A DNA stretch of 64,000 nt from an uncultured Verrucomicrobiae bacterium (GTDB lineage Bacteria > Verrucomicrobiota > Verrucomicrobiia > Chthoniobacterales > UBA10450): assembly GCA_963772365.1 (NCBI GenBank), contig CAVYXA010000001.1:1216001-1280000 (forward strand), in the 5' to 3' direction. Position numbers and translations under genes: made by a program. Below the pieces are notes generated by a model. That model was given only the letters and a program-made list of their open reading frames with translations. It did not search any database and was not told where the DNA came from. Below, one piece after another: positions 9,802 to 19,392 of this stretch (position 1 is its first letter; every line of letters starts with the position of its first letter).

Positions 9802-10236
9802 ATGGCACTGCCACCCAAGCTCGAGCCGCCCGTCGGAAACGCCGAATCGCCTGAGACCGCAGACATTCTTTTGTCGAGACGACCATCGCCGGACCAACGT
9901 TCGATCCCGTCGGAAGCCTCCTCTGTTGCCGCTGCGATCGCGAAAGCTGATTCGAGTTCGCAGACTGTTGCCGGCGCATCCAACAACGAAAATGCCGCTA
10001 TCGGCTCTCTGCGCGATTTGCCGAAGCCGCCCAAGGTGCAATTGAAAAAGACCCAGCCGCTCAGCCGAATGCCGGCTTCGATCCCGGCCAGCGTGCCGCT
10101 CAAGATGGCGCCCGCGATTAGGGTGGAACCGGAGCCAGAGAGGAATGTCGATCGAATCCCGACCGGCCTCTGCTGGGGAGTGCTGATTTTATCAGCTGGG
10201 ATTTTGATTATTCAGATTTGGACTTATCTTTTCTGA
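9802..10236 (+). CDS. hypothetical Pro-rich protein with C-terminal TM helix (start uncertain; track gives 9706)
   Basis: Open frame ending 3 nt before trxA; KKT-x-P-L motif and C-terminal hydrophobic helix. Confidence 0.6.
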   Translation: MALPPKLEPPVGNAESPETADILLSRRPSPDQRSIPSEASSVAAAIAKADSSSQTVAGASNNENAAIGSLRDLPKPPKVQLKKTQPLSRMPASIPASVPLKMAPAIRVEPEPERNVDRIPTGLCWGVLILSAGILIIQIWTYLF

Positions 10237-10239
10237 GTT

Positions 10240-10569
10240 ATGGAAAATTCAGCCACCCTCAAACTCGATGAGTCCAACTTTGACCGTGAAGTAATGCAAA
10301 GCGACAAGCCGGTGATTGTCGATTTTTGGGCCGAATGGTGCGGTCCGTGCAAAATGATCGCCCCGGTGCTGGATGAGATCGCCCGTGAAAAAGGCGATTC
10401 ACTGAAAGTGGCAAAGGTGAACGTCGATGATAATCAAAGTCTCTCTTCCAAGTACAACATCCGCGCGATCCCATCGCTCCTCTTCTTCAAAGACGGCCAG
10501 GTCCGCGATCAAGTCACCGGTGTGACCAGCAAGAAAGATTTGCTGAACCGGATCGAATCCCTGGGCTGA
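10240..10569 (+). CDS. trxA: thioredoxin
   Basis: DFWAEWCGPCKMIAP. Confidence 0.97.
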   Translation: MENSATLKLDESNFDREVMQSDKPVIVDFWAEWCGPCKMIAPVLDEIAREKGDSLKVAKVNVDDNQSLSSKYNIRAIPSLLFFKDGQVRDQVTGVTSKKDLLNRIESLG

Positions 10570-10578
10570 ATCCGATGG

Positions 10579-11874
10579 CTACGCCGGCTGCAATCCCGCG
10601 ATGGGCGGGTCCCACTTTGTGGACGGATCCAAATCCGGCGGCCGGTGGCCCCACACATCGCCATATTGTTGACCCTTGATATGACTGATCGTGAGCCGTT
10701 GCACGAGATTCATGTTCGGTAACGCGGAATGAAAGCCGCTTTTTTCTAAAAGTTTGTCTTTGAATTCCCAGAAGCCGAAATCTTTGGGAGCAACGCAAAC
10801 AATTTCTTCGATGGGAATAAAGTTCGCCTGGGCTCCGAGATAAGGCACGGTGTTATCACCGGTGACAACGTCACTGGCCGGAGTTCCCTTGTGCCACTCG
10901 TTGCGAGCTGCTCCGAGTTCAAACCATGGCTTGCCGCTATCGCTGGTGATTCGCATCGAAACCCGTGTGTCTTCATCGACACCCACGATTGAAAGCCACA
11001 TCTTGGAATCGGAGAGCGCCAGTTTTTCGATCCGCGTGCGATGTTTCCAGGCGGCGTCCAGCATCGATTCGAGCAATTCGATCGCCCTATCCTGCGGCGT
11101 TCCATCGCCCAATCCGTACATGCGAATGAATGAAGCGAGGGTCTGAATCACACTCGGTTGCCATGCTTTGGGCAAAAACAGATCGTCGGATAGTCCAGCC
11201 TCGGCTGTGACCGCGCCTTTGTACGAAGGTAGAAGATGATACAGGGCCGGGGTGACTCTGGCCGCTTCTCTCTCGCGAGAACTCCCCGGTGCTTCTCCCA
11301 ATGCGCCAACGCCGGTGGTCACCTTGGCTACAGCTTCGAGCGAACCACGGAACGGCGACGCGATCGTGACCACTTTCTCCACTTTGGCTTCGCCACATTT
11401 TTGGATATAGCCCGCGACGATCAGGCCACCCATTGAATGCGCCACCAGGTTGACCTTTCCCGGGAAATCCTTCGTGCCATAGCCGGCCTTGTTGTAGTGA
11501 CGGAGCAGTTTTGTCCGATCGATCACTTCATCGATGAACTCCGACAATTCATCTTCCATCAGCGCCAACGGCTGACGCCAATCGTAAGCGAACGGATAAA
11601 CCGGCACCGGCCGGTCGGCCTGCGGCGTTAGATTATGACGCATTTCTTCAATAATCTCGCCATAGACAAGCACGAACACTTGATCCGCGTTCACGCGCGC
11701 CGGCTCGATTAGCTCATAGCGAACATCCGAGGGATGCAACGTGATCCGCTCGTACGATTTGATCAGAAGTTTCAGAGGCGACCAGACCGTCTCTGGATCA
11801 ACCGGATATTGATCTCTCAACACGCTCCCCATGATCCCAGGAACAAAAATGACTGGAGCGGGCAAGCGGGCCAT
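10579..11874 (-). CDS. lipase/acyltransferase (LCAT/PGAP1-like alpha/beta hydrolase)
   Basis: VIFVPGIMGS, FAYDWR, AHSMGG nucleophile elbow, GDNTVP, C-terminal His. Confidence 0.85.
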   Translation of the reverse strand: MARLPAPVIFVPGIMGSVLRDQYPVDPETVWSPLKLLIKSYERITLHPSDVRYELIEPARVNADQVFVLVYGEIIEEMRHNLTPQADRPVPVYPFAYDWRQPLALMEDELSEFIDEVIDRTKLLRHYNKAGYGTKDFPGKVNLVAHSMGGLIVAGYIQKCGEAKVEKVVTIASPFRGSLEAVAKVTTGVGALGEAPGSSREREAARVTPALYHLLPSYKGAVTAEAGLSDDLFLPKAWQPSVIQTLASFIRMYGLGDGTPQDRAIELLESMLDAAWKHRTRIEKLALSDSKMWLSIVGVDEDTRVSMRITSDSGKPWFELGAARNEWHKGTPASDVVTGDNTVPYLGAQANFIPIEEIVCVAPKDFGFWEFKDKLLEKSGFHSALPNMNLVQRLTISHIKGQQYGDVWGHRPPDLDPSTKWDPPIAGLQPA

Positions 11875-11975
11875 GATCTGGTTTTGTTTTATTAACGATG
11901 CTCAGCCAAGCCAAGCTCAAAAATCGAATGGTCTATCGAATGAATCGCTTCAGTCTCTGCAACCCTCGCGAAGCC

Positions 11976-12049
<74 letters not shown>

Positions 12050-12239
12050 GATGAGTCCCGAAGATAGCCCAATTTAATTATTTCGCGATTTGGTGATTCG
12101 ATGATTTGTGAATGATTGCAGCATCGCGACAGTCGATTCGCTAGATCTCTCAATCGTTATATCGCTAAATTGCGCGCCGCCGAGTTGCAATCTGCGCGAG
12201 TCTGTTGCAGACTCTCCGCCCCACGAACGGAGGCCTATC

Positions 12240-12578
12240 ATGAATCGCATCATCGACAGCATTGAAAAGGAACAGCAAAAGGATGGCGCGAAATTTTCCG
12301 TGGGCGACAGCGTGAATGTGCACACCCGCGTAGTCGAAGGCGATAAGGAGCGGATTCAGATTTTTTCCGGGATCGTCATCGGCCGCAAAGGCCGCGGTCT
12401 GAACGAAACATTCACCGTCCGTCGAATCTCCTACGGGGAAGGCGTCGAGCGGGTTTTCCCCCTGCATTCGCCACGGATCGCCAAAGTAGAAGTCGAAAAG
12501 CAAGGCCGAGCCCGTCGAGCGAAGTTGAATTACCTCCGCACCCGCAAAGGCAAGGAAGCGACCACCGTTCGCGAGTAG
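12240..12578 (+). CDS. rplS: 50S ribosomal protein L19
   Basis: [48 protein letters not shown]. Confidence 0.98.
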   Translation: MNRIIDSIEKEQQKDGAKFSVGDSVNVHTRVVEGDKERIQIFSGIVIGRKGRGLNETFTVRRISYGEGVERVFPLHSPRIAKVEVEKQGRARRAKLNYLRTRKGKEATTVRE

Positions 12579-12592
12579 CTTCGCGAACGAAA

Positions 12593-12658
12593 AGCTGAAA
12601 AACTGAAACGGTGACACGCTGAAATTATTTCAGCTTTTCAGTTTTCGGCGTTTCAGTA
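12593..12658. repeat. palindromic octamer repeat array
   Basis: Four nnCTGAAA-like units followed by four inverted TTTCAGnn-like units. Confidence 0.75.
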
Positions 12659-12669
12659 TTTTCCCAGCG

Positions 12670-13371
12670 ATGTATCGTCGCTGCGGGTTCCGGCATGAAA
12701 AGAAATTGCGTCGCATTCTCGGAGTAGTTCGCATCGCCGGGATTGACGAAGCTGGGCGAGGCGCTCTGGCTGGACCTGTGGTTGCCGCAGCAGTCGTTCT
12801 TCCGGAAAAATTCAAGCACCGGCGCCTGAACGATTCCAAACAACTGGCGCCGGATTTGCGCGAAGAAATTTTTGTCGATCTTACCAGCGAGGCCGAGATC
12901 GCCTGGGGCGTAGGAATTGTCGACCATCTCGAAATTGACCGGATCAATATCTTGCGGGCGAGCCATCGGGCAATGCGGATCGCGATTGACGGTTTGGCGA
13001 TACCGCCCGATCACGTGTTGATCGACGGCCTGCCGGTCGTCCCTTTTCCGCTTCCGCAAACTGCGATCGTCGACGGCGATTGCCTGAGCCTAAGCATTGC
13101 GGCGGCTAGTGTGATTGCGAAGGTCATACGCGACCGGATGATGCGTGACTTTTGCGCGCAATTTCCCGAATATTGTTTCAGCCAACACAAAGGTTACGGC
13201 ACAGAGCTGCACTTGTTGAAACTTCATGAACTTGGGCCTTGTCCAATCCATCGCCGATCTTTCGAACCGGTGGCGCAACCGCTTCTCGCTCTCGAAGGAC
13301 TTGTCGAAACCGCAGCATCTCCGACGCGGCGTGCGCGGCGAAAGATTGGCGTGCCGGCATTTGAGGCGTAA
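12670..13371 (+). CDS. rnhB: ribonuclease HII
   Basis: [47 protein letters not shown]. Confidence 0.96.
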   Translation: MYRRCGFRHEKKLRRILGVVRIAGIDEAGRGALAGPVVAAAVVLPEKFKHRRLNDSKQLAPDLREEIFVDLTSEAEIAWGVGIVDHLEIDRINILRASHRAMRIAIDGLAIPPDHVLIDGLPVVPFPLPQTAIVDGDCLSLSIAAASVIAKVIRDRMMRDFCAQFPEYCFSQHKGYGTELHLLKLHELGPCPIHRRSFEPVAQPLLALEGLVETAASPTRRARRKIGVPAFEA

Positions 13372-13690
13372 CGGTTACAAAATTCTTTTTCGCAATTTTC
13401 GCGGTCACAGCGGTGGTGAGATCGACATTGTTTGCCGAGACAGAGACACGCTGGTCTTCGTAGAAGTCAAAACGCGCACCCGGGAGGATTACGGGCGGCC
13501 TTTCGAAGCCGTCAACCGGCAGAAACAAAAGCTCATTTCACGTGGAGGGCTCGCCTGGCTGCGCATGCTGGATGATCCGGATATTCTATTCCGATTCGAT
13601 ATCGTGGAAGTAATTTTGACCGAGAACGCAAAACCGCAAATTGAGATCATCAAGAACGCTTTCGGGCTTCCCGCGCCGTATCTTTATTAG
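13226..13690 (+). CDS. YraN family endonuclease-like protein (start 13226 or TTG 13301)
   Basis: GERLA..HL...GYKIL.RN, GEIDIV, LVFVEVKTR, RFDIV. Confidence 0.9.
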   Translation: MNLGLVQSIADLSNRWRNRFSLSKDLSKPQHLRRGVRGERLACRHLRRNGYKILFRNFRGHSGGEIDIVCRDRDTLVFVEVKTRTREDYGRPFEAVNRQKQKLISRGGLAWLRMLDDPDILFRFDIVEVILTENAKPQIEIIKNAFGLPAPYLY

Positions 13691-14850
13691 GCAGTCGACT
13701 GTTTCCTGTTCGCGAAAATAAGAATCGGCAGCGAGGCCAGCTGAAGCAGTATTGATAGTAAGACTACGGCCAGGATCGATCGATCATAGAGAAAACCCAT
13801 TGCTGCGCTCCCCAGAAACCAGGCGAAACCGTAGCCTGTGTCGAACAATCCAAAAGCTGTGCTTCGCTTTTGCGACGGGATGACATGCGTGAGCATTGCT
13901 TGAAAGAGTGAGCCCTGAGCACTCATCCCGATTCCCCACAGAATCATTCCGACGAGCGCGAGAATCGATGATCCCAGAAACAAAAAAGGCGCTGCAGCGG
14001 CGGAAAGGAGGAAAGCGCCCAGCGAGACGTTCGGGCCAAAGCGATCGAACAAAAGGCCTAATGGGATAGAAACGAGCGCGCTGCTGGCCATGGCAACTGC
14101 GTAGTAAACCGGAATCAGGTTGGAAGATACGGTGTGTGCCTTGTGAAAGTGAAACCCGATCAGCGCGAAATCGGCGAAGCCGGCGGCAATGAGGACACCC
14201 GCCGCCAGATAGAGCCAGTAGCGCCGCCGAAAATCGACATGTCCAAAAGCGCGTTCTGCGCCTTCCTCTAATTCGTGAGGGCGCGGATGAAGAACGCGCG
14301 CGGCAATCAGGGTGACAACGGCCAGAAGCGCGGGTATGAGCAATACGCCAAATCCGAAACGAAAGCCTCGATGAAGATACAAAACCAGCGCCATCAGGAG
14401 CGGACCGACGGTCGCACCGGCTTGATCGAGCGCCTCGTTCAAACCAAATACCCAGCCTGCCCCGATCGATTTTCCAGCGTGCGATAGCATCGCTTCCATG
14501 TTCGGTTTACGAATTCCCCTGCCCGTCCGTTCCGCGATCACCAGTGCTGCAGCCAATGGCCATTGACCAGCGAATGCCAACGCCGGAACAGCCAGCATGT
14601 TCACGATGTACCCGGCGATCGCAAACGCCCAATAACGTTGGGTCCGATCCGCGTAATAACCCGAAACCGAGCGCAACCCATAACCCATCAACTCGCCCAA
14701 ACCCGCAATACTTCCGACCACTGCGGCGCTTGCGCCTAACGATCCGAGAAATGGCCCGATGATCCCGCGCGCGCCTTCATAAGTGAAATCGGCAAAGAAA
14801 TTAACGATGCCGATTGTGAGAACAAAGCGAAACGCGGCGTTGTGTTTCAT
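13687..14850 (-). CDS. MFS transporter
   Basis: About 12 TM segments; ERTGRGIRKP and GLLFDRFG motifs. Confidence 0.88.
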   Translation of the reverse strand: MKHNAAFRFVLTIGIVNFFADFTYEGARGIIGPFLGSLGASAAVVGSIAGLGELMGYGLRSVSGYYADRTQRYWAFAIAGYIVNMLAVPALAFAGQWPLAAALVIAERTGRGIRKPNMEAMLSHAGKSIGAGWVFGLNEALDQAGATVGPLLMALVLYLHRGFRFGFGVLLIPALLAVVTLIAARVLHPRPHELEEGAERAFGHVDFRRRYWLYLAAGVLIAAGFADFALIGFHFHKAHTVSSNLIPVYYAVAMASSALVSIPLGLLFDRFGPNVSLGAFLLSAAAAPFLFLGSSILALVGMILWGIGMSAQGSLFQAMLTHVIPSQKRSTAFGLFDTGYGFAWFLGSAAMGFLYDRSILAVVLLSILLQLASLPILIFANRKQSTA

Positions 14851-14892
14851 CCTGAAATGGTAGGGCGCGACCGCCGGGCGCGCCTTATCGAA

Positions 14893-15318
14893 TCAGAATT
14901 GCGGCGGCTCGTCCGCAGGTCCTGGTGCTTCTTCGCCGCCGCCGCGAAATTCGTGGCGCGCTCCGGAGAAATTCCCAATGTGCGTCAGCGCCCCGTCCCA
15001 ATAAACGTAACCGCGCAGTTTGCTCGGATCCCGTTTATCGACATAAATTCCGCCTTTGTGACCCCGCGATCCTATGGCGGTGTGCTCAACAACTGGCTGA
15101 GGAGCAGCGTAGTAATATCCCGCGTCATCTGTCGCCTGCAGAAAATACGTTCCTGTTGGAAAATGCAGCGTGGCTACGTGCACGGAACGTTCGAGCTCCA
15201 GGTATTTTGGGACCGCCGGCGGCCCTTCAGCTGGAATCGGGTGATAATCGCGGCTGCCAGCGCAACCCGCGAGCGTGAGAAGGCCAATAATGATTACGGC
15301 GCGACAAGTAACTTGCAT
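14893..15318 (-). CDS. putative lipoprotein
   Basis: Signal peptide ending in a LAGC lipobox. Confidence 0.7.
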   Translation of the reverse strand: MQVTCRAVIIIGLLTLAGCAGSRDYHPIPAEGPPAVPKYLELERSVHVATLHFPTGTYFLQATDDAGYYYAAPQPVVEHTAIGSRGHKGGIYVDKRDPSKLRGYVYWDGALTHIGNFSGARHEFRGGGEEAPGPADEPPQF

Positions 15319-15369
15319 CTTGCTCCGATGCTCAATGGAAAATCGAAGATCGACAATCGGAAAATGATC

Positions 15370-15441
15370 TGGGCGGTGAGGGTTTCGAACCCCCGACCTC
15401 CTCGGTGTAAACGAGATGCTCTACCGCTGAGCTAACCGCCC
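15370..15441 (-). tRNA. tRNA-Val(TAC)
   Basis: Reverse complement GGGCGGTTAGCTCAGCGGTAGAGC-TCTCG TTTACAC CGAGG-GGTTCGAA-CCGCCCA. Confidence 0.95.
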
Positions 15442-15533
15442 CTCGAGCTGGATGATAAATGACGAGTGCCGGGTGTTGAGTCAAACCGTTTCCAATTGCT
15501 CATTCTTGCGCAATCGGTCTCAATGCAATCTGA

Positions 15534-15977
15534 ATGAAAAGACATTACTTTGATGACTGCAAACGCGGTAAGCGTTTTCGCTCCACGACATTTCGAGTAA
15601 CAAAAAAGCAGATCATTGAGTTTGCTCGCCAGTTTGATCCGCAGCTGTTTCATCTCGATCCAAAGAAAGCGAAAGAGACAATGTTCGAAGGGCTCACCGC
15701 CAGTGGCTGGCACACGGCCGCGATCTCGATGCGTCTGTTTGTTCAGACGTTGAATTTTGCCGACGGCGCGATTGGGCTGGGCGTTGATGAATTGCGCTGG
15801 CCAAATCCCGTCCGGCCGAATGACGCACTCCGCGTCGAAACGGAAATCGTGTCAGTCCGTCCATCAAGATCCAAACCCGGCTACGGAATTATTCGAATAT
15901 CCAACGTCACGACGAATCAGCGGGGCGAAGTTGTGCAGACCATGTCCGCCGCGGCGATGCTCAGAAAACGAAAGTAG
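15534..15977 (+). CDS. MaoC-family dehydratase
   Basis: FARQFDPQLFHLD, ASGWHTAA, LRWPNPVRP. Confidence 0.9.
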   Translation: MKRHYFDDCKRGKRFRSTTFRVTKKQIIEFARQFDPQLFHLDPKKAKETMFEGLTASGWHTAAISMRLFVQTLNFADGAIGLGVDELRWPNPVRPNDALRVETEIVSVRPSRSKPGYGIIRISNVTTNQRGEVVQTMSAAAMLRKRK

Positions 15978-15988
15978 TCGAGAGCCGG

Positions 15989-16984
15989 TTATTTTGGCTC
16001 TGCCGCCACTCTCAGCACAATCTTGCCGCGTGTGTGATGAGTAGCGATCTGCTGCTGAGCTTTGGCGGCGTCAGCCAGTGGGAAGGTTTGCGTGACGAAC
16101 ACTTTGATCTTTTTCTCGTCGATCATGTTTCCGATCTCTGCCAACTCGGTCGAGTTCGGTTCCACGGAAATGGACGCCCCGCGAATACCGTTTTGATCCA
16201 GTTCGCTCTGGTCTAATCTCGAAACAATGGTCGCGATGAATCCGCCCTTTTTTACTACCGCGTAGGATCGCTTGAGCGTGTCACGGCCGACAGTATCGAG
16301 GACAACATCGACATTTTTCGCCGCGTCTTCGAATTTCTGCTTGGTGTAATCGATCGCGACGTCTGCGCCTAACTGCTTCAAGAAATTCTGGTTCGTTGTC
16401 GAAGCGGTCGCGATCACTTTGGCTCCGCGCGCCTTTGCCATTTGCACGGCAAAACTCCCGACGCCGCCAGAACCGCCGTGAATCAGCACCGTCTGACTCG
16501 CCTGTAATTTTGCGGCATCGAACAAAGCCTGCCACGCCGTCAATGCGACTACCGGCACTGCTGCCGCATCTATAAAAGAGATCGATTTCGGCTTAACAGC
16601 AGCTTCGCGTTCCGTGGCTGTGACGTATTCGGCATAACCGCCACCTTCAGGAATATCGAGATACGCATAAACTGCGTCGCCCGGTTTGAACTTCGTGATC
16701 TTTGCGCCTGTCTTTTCCACCACCCCGGCGACATCGTAACCGGGAATGAGAGGAAGGTGACCATCGTATCTTCCGGATCGAATCGAGACGTCCACCGGAT
16801 TCACGCCGGCCGCAATGACTTTGATCAGGATTTCATTTTCCTTTGGCTCCGGCCGCGAGACCTCTTCCGACTTCAATACTTCCGGTCCGCCAAACTCATG
16901 CGCGACGATCGCTTTCATGTTTTCGGCGCAAGCCCAGCGCACCGAGACGAGTGCGAAGACAGCGAACAGACCGATTGTTTTCAT
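15989..16984 (-). CDS. NADP-dependent oxidoreductase (MDR/quinone oxidoreductase family)
   Basis: AAGVNPVD, GYDVAGVV, GGSGGVG, HTRGKIVL. Confidence 0.92.
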   Translation of the reverse strand: MKTIGLFAVFALVSVRWACAENMKAIVAHEFGGPEVLKSEEVSRPEPKENEILIKVIAAGVNPVDVSIRSGRYDGHLPLIPGYDVAGVVEKTGAKITKFKPGDAVYAYLDIPEGGGYAEYVTATEREAAVKPKSISFIDAAAVPVVALTAWQALFDAAKLQASQTVLIHGGSGGVGSFAVQMAKARGAKVIATASTTNQNFLKQLGADVAIDYTKQKFEDAAKNVDVVLDTVGRDTLKRSYAVVKKGGFIATIVSRLDQSELDQNGIRGASISVEPNSTELAEIGNMIDEKKIKVFVTQTFPLADAAKAQQQIATHHTRGKIVLRVAAEPK

Positions 16985-17031
16985 ATCTTCTCCGGGGTAG
17001 AAGCAATCTAGCTAACTTATAATCTAAAGGC

Positions 17032-17129
17032 TGTCATCCTGAGCGAAGCGAAGGATCTCTCGCCATCGTCTTCCGGGCGCGCAATCGAAGCAGAATGATT
17101 TGAGATCCTTCGCTGCGCTCCGGATGACA
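17032..17129. repeat. TGTCATCCTGAGCG-type palindromic element
   Basis: TGTCATCCTGAGCGAAGCGAAGGATCTC ... GAGATCCTTCGCTGCGCTCCGGATGACA inverted repeat. Confidence 0.85.
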
Positions 17130-17139
17130 AAGCCTTATT

Positions 17140-18132
17140 TCAGGAGCGATTGAGAAGTTTCATCATCGCTTCCGGATAGCGCGAGCCGGCAAATGCATTC
17201 AGGGGCGCCACTTCGTCGATCCTCGCCAGGTCCTCACTGGTAAGATCGACATCGAGTGCGCCTATGTTTTCCTGAAGATATTTGCGGTGCTTTGTCCCGG
17301 GAATCGGCACAATGTCGTTGCCCTGCGCCAGAACCCATGCCAGGGCGAGTTGCGCAGCGGTGCAACGTTTCTCACGCGCGATCTCCTCCACTCGCTTCAC
17401 GAGATCGAGGTTGCGTTGAAAATTTTCGCCCTGAAACCGCGGTGTCGATTTCCGATAATCGTCGGCCGCCAGATCGCTTGGCTTTGTGATTTTGCCGGTC
17501 AGAAATCCCCGCCCGAGTGGACTGTAAGGAACAAACCCAATGCCGAGCTCGCGGCAGGCATCAAGAACCTCGCCCTCCGGATCGCGCGTCCAAAGCGAAT
17601 ACTCCGATTGCAATGCTGTGATTGGATGAACCGCGTGCGCGCCCCGGATTGTCTCCGCGCTGGCTTCAGATAATCCGAGAAAACGGACCTTCCCGGCACG
17701 GACAAGTTCCGCCATCGCACCAATGGTTTCCTCGATTGGAGTATCCGGATCGACCCGATGTTGATAATACAAATCAATAACATCGACACCGAGACGGCGC
17801 AGACTTCCTTCGCACGACTGCCGGACGTATTCCGGTTTCCCGTTGATCCCACGAAACTCAGGCTTTTCCGGATCGCGCACGATTCCAAATTTCGTGGCAA
17901 TCACCACCTGCTCGCGGTGACCACGCAATGCGCGTCCAACCAATTCTTCGTTTATATGCGGACCGTAAACGTCGGCCGTATCGGAAAATGTAACGCCGAG
18001 CTCGAGCGCGCGATGGATTGTCGCGATCGATTCCTCATTGTCGCGTCCCGAGTAAAAATCCGACATTCCCATGCAGCCAAGTCCAATCGCCGAAACCACC
18101 GGCCCACCGCGTCCGAGTTTTCGCTGTTTCAT
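17140..18132 (-). CDS. aldo/keto reductase
   Basis: [44 protein letters not shown]. Confidence 0.95.
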   Translation of the reverse strand: MKQRKLGRGGPVVSAIGLGCMGMSDFYSGRDNEESIATIHRALELGVTFSDTADVYGPHINEELVGRALRGHREQVVIATKFGIVRDPEKPEFRGINGKPEYVRQSCEGSLRRLGVDVIDLYYQHRVDPDTPIEETIGAMAELVRAGKVRFLGLSEASAETIRGAHAVHPITALQSEYSLWTRDPEGEVLDACRELGIGFVPYSPLGRGFLTGKITKPSDLAADDYRKSTPRFQGENFQRNLDLVKRVEEIAREKRCTAAQLALAWVLAQGNDIVPIPGTKHRKYLQENIGALDVDLTSEDLARIDEVAPLNAFAGSRYPEAMMKLLNRS

Positions 18133-18216
18133 AACCGCAACTAAAACGCATCTCACCCGGGAGTCACGCCAATTGCGGCGAATCGGAGAAGCTGAATATC
18201 ATCTCGGGCGGAGTGC

Positions 18217-18312
18217 TTTTGGAGCGCGAGGCGTCTTTGCACCGCTTTTGGGATGCACGTCCGCCCTCGGAAAGCGACGCGAGGACGCGTGCGCACTCCA
18301 AAAGCTTCGCGA
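18217..18312. repeat. GGAG-type REP doublet
   Basis: TTTTGGAGCGCG...CGCTTT and AAAGCG...GCACTCCAAAA inverted pair. Confidence 0.8.
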
Positions 18313-18333
18313 AATGAAGCAGGGCGTCGGAGA

Positions 18334-19323
18334 TCAGAAGGTCAATTGCGTTCTTCCGCTGCCGCGTTCAATCCGCCCAATTGCTTTCGCTTTCAAGATC
18401 GACATCGCGCGTCTTGCATTTTTCTCAGACACGATCGCGACCATGCCGATGCCCATATTGAAAACCTGATACATCTCCGCAGGATCGACATCGCCATTTC
18501 GCTCGATCGTTCGACAAATTCGCGGCACGGACCATGATTTCGTGTCGATCACGGCATCACAATTCTTCGGCAGCACGCGCGGAAGATTGTCGATCAAGCC
18601 GCCGCCGGTTATGTGAGCCAGTCCCTTGATCATTCCGCTGGGCGCTTTTGCCAGAAGCGGCTGATAATTCTTGTGAACACGCAACAGTTCCGCGCCGACG
18701 CTCTTTGGCTTCATTTTCATTTTTCCAAAGAGAATTTTTCGCGCGAGCGAGTAACCATTCGTGTGTAGTCCATTCGAAGGGAGACCGAGCACGATGTCGC
18801 CCGGCTTGATTGTCGATCCATCGATCATCTTCAGACGTTCGACCACGCCGATGATGCAACCCGCCAGATCGTATTCGCCTTTGCGATACATTCCCGGCAT
18901 CTGCGCCGTCTCGCCGCCGATTAGCGCGCAACCTGCCTCGCGACATGCGCGAGAAAAACCGCGAATAAGTTGATTGAACACGCGCGGCTCAAGTTTCTCG
19001 CATCCGATATAATCGAGAAAGAAAAGCGGCCGCGCCCCGATGACTGCGATGTCGTTCACGCAATGGTTCACCAGATCGGCGCCGACGGTATCGTGTTTGT
19101 TCAGAGCGAAAGCGACCTTCAATTTCGTGCCCACGCCATCAATGCTCGAAACCAAGACTGGATCGCGCATTCCGGAAAATTCTGCGCGAAAGAGACCGCC
19201 AAATCCCCCGACTTTGCCGAGCACTTTCGGCCCATGCGTTTCCTTCACGAGCGATTGAATTTGCTTCTTCAGCTGATTGCCGAGATCGACATCCACGCCC
19301 GCGCGCACATAGGCCTTTTTCAC
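18334..19323 (-). CDS. purM: phosphoribosylformylglycinamidine cyclo-ligase (AIR synthetase)
   Basis: DGVGTKLK, GGETAQMP, GLHTNGYSL, HITGGG, FNMGIG. Confidence 0.97.
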   Translation of the reverse strand: MKKAYVRAGVDVDLGNQLKKQIQSLVKETHGPKVLGKVGGFGGLFRAEFSGMRDPVLVSSIDGVGTKLKVAFALNKHDTVGADLVNHCVNDIAVIGARPLFFLDYIGCEKLEPRVFNQLIRGFSRACREAGCALIGGETAQMPGMYRKGEYDLAGCIIGVVERLKMIDGSTIKPGDIVLGLPSNGLHTNGYSLARKILFGKMKMKPKSVGAELLRVHKNYQPLLAKAPSGMIKGLAHITGGGLIDNLPRVLPKNCDAVIDTKSWSVPRICRTIERNGDVDPAEMYQVFNMGIGMVAIVSEKNARRAMSILKAKAIGRIERGSGRTQLTF

Positions 19324-19333
19324 GTCTTAATGT

Positions 19334-19390
19334 TGTAGGGCAACCGCTCCGGTTGCCAACAATTTTGGCAGGCGGGGCGCCTGCCCTACA
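19334..19390. repeat. GTAG-type REP doublet
   Basis: TGTAGGGCAACCGCTCCGGTTGCC ... GGCAGGCGGGGCGCCTGCCCTACA between purF and purM. Confidence 0.88.
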
Positions 19391-19392
19391 AT

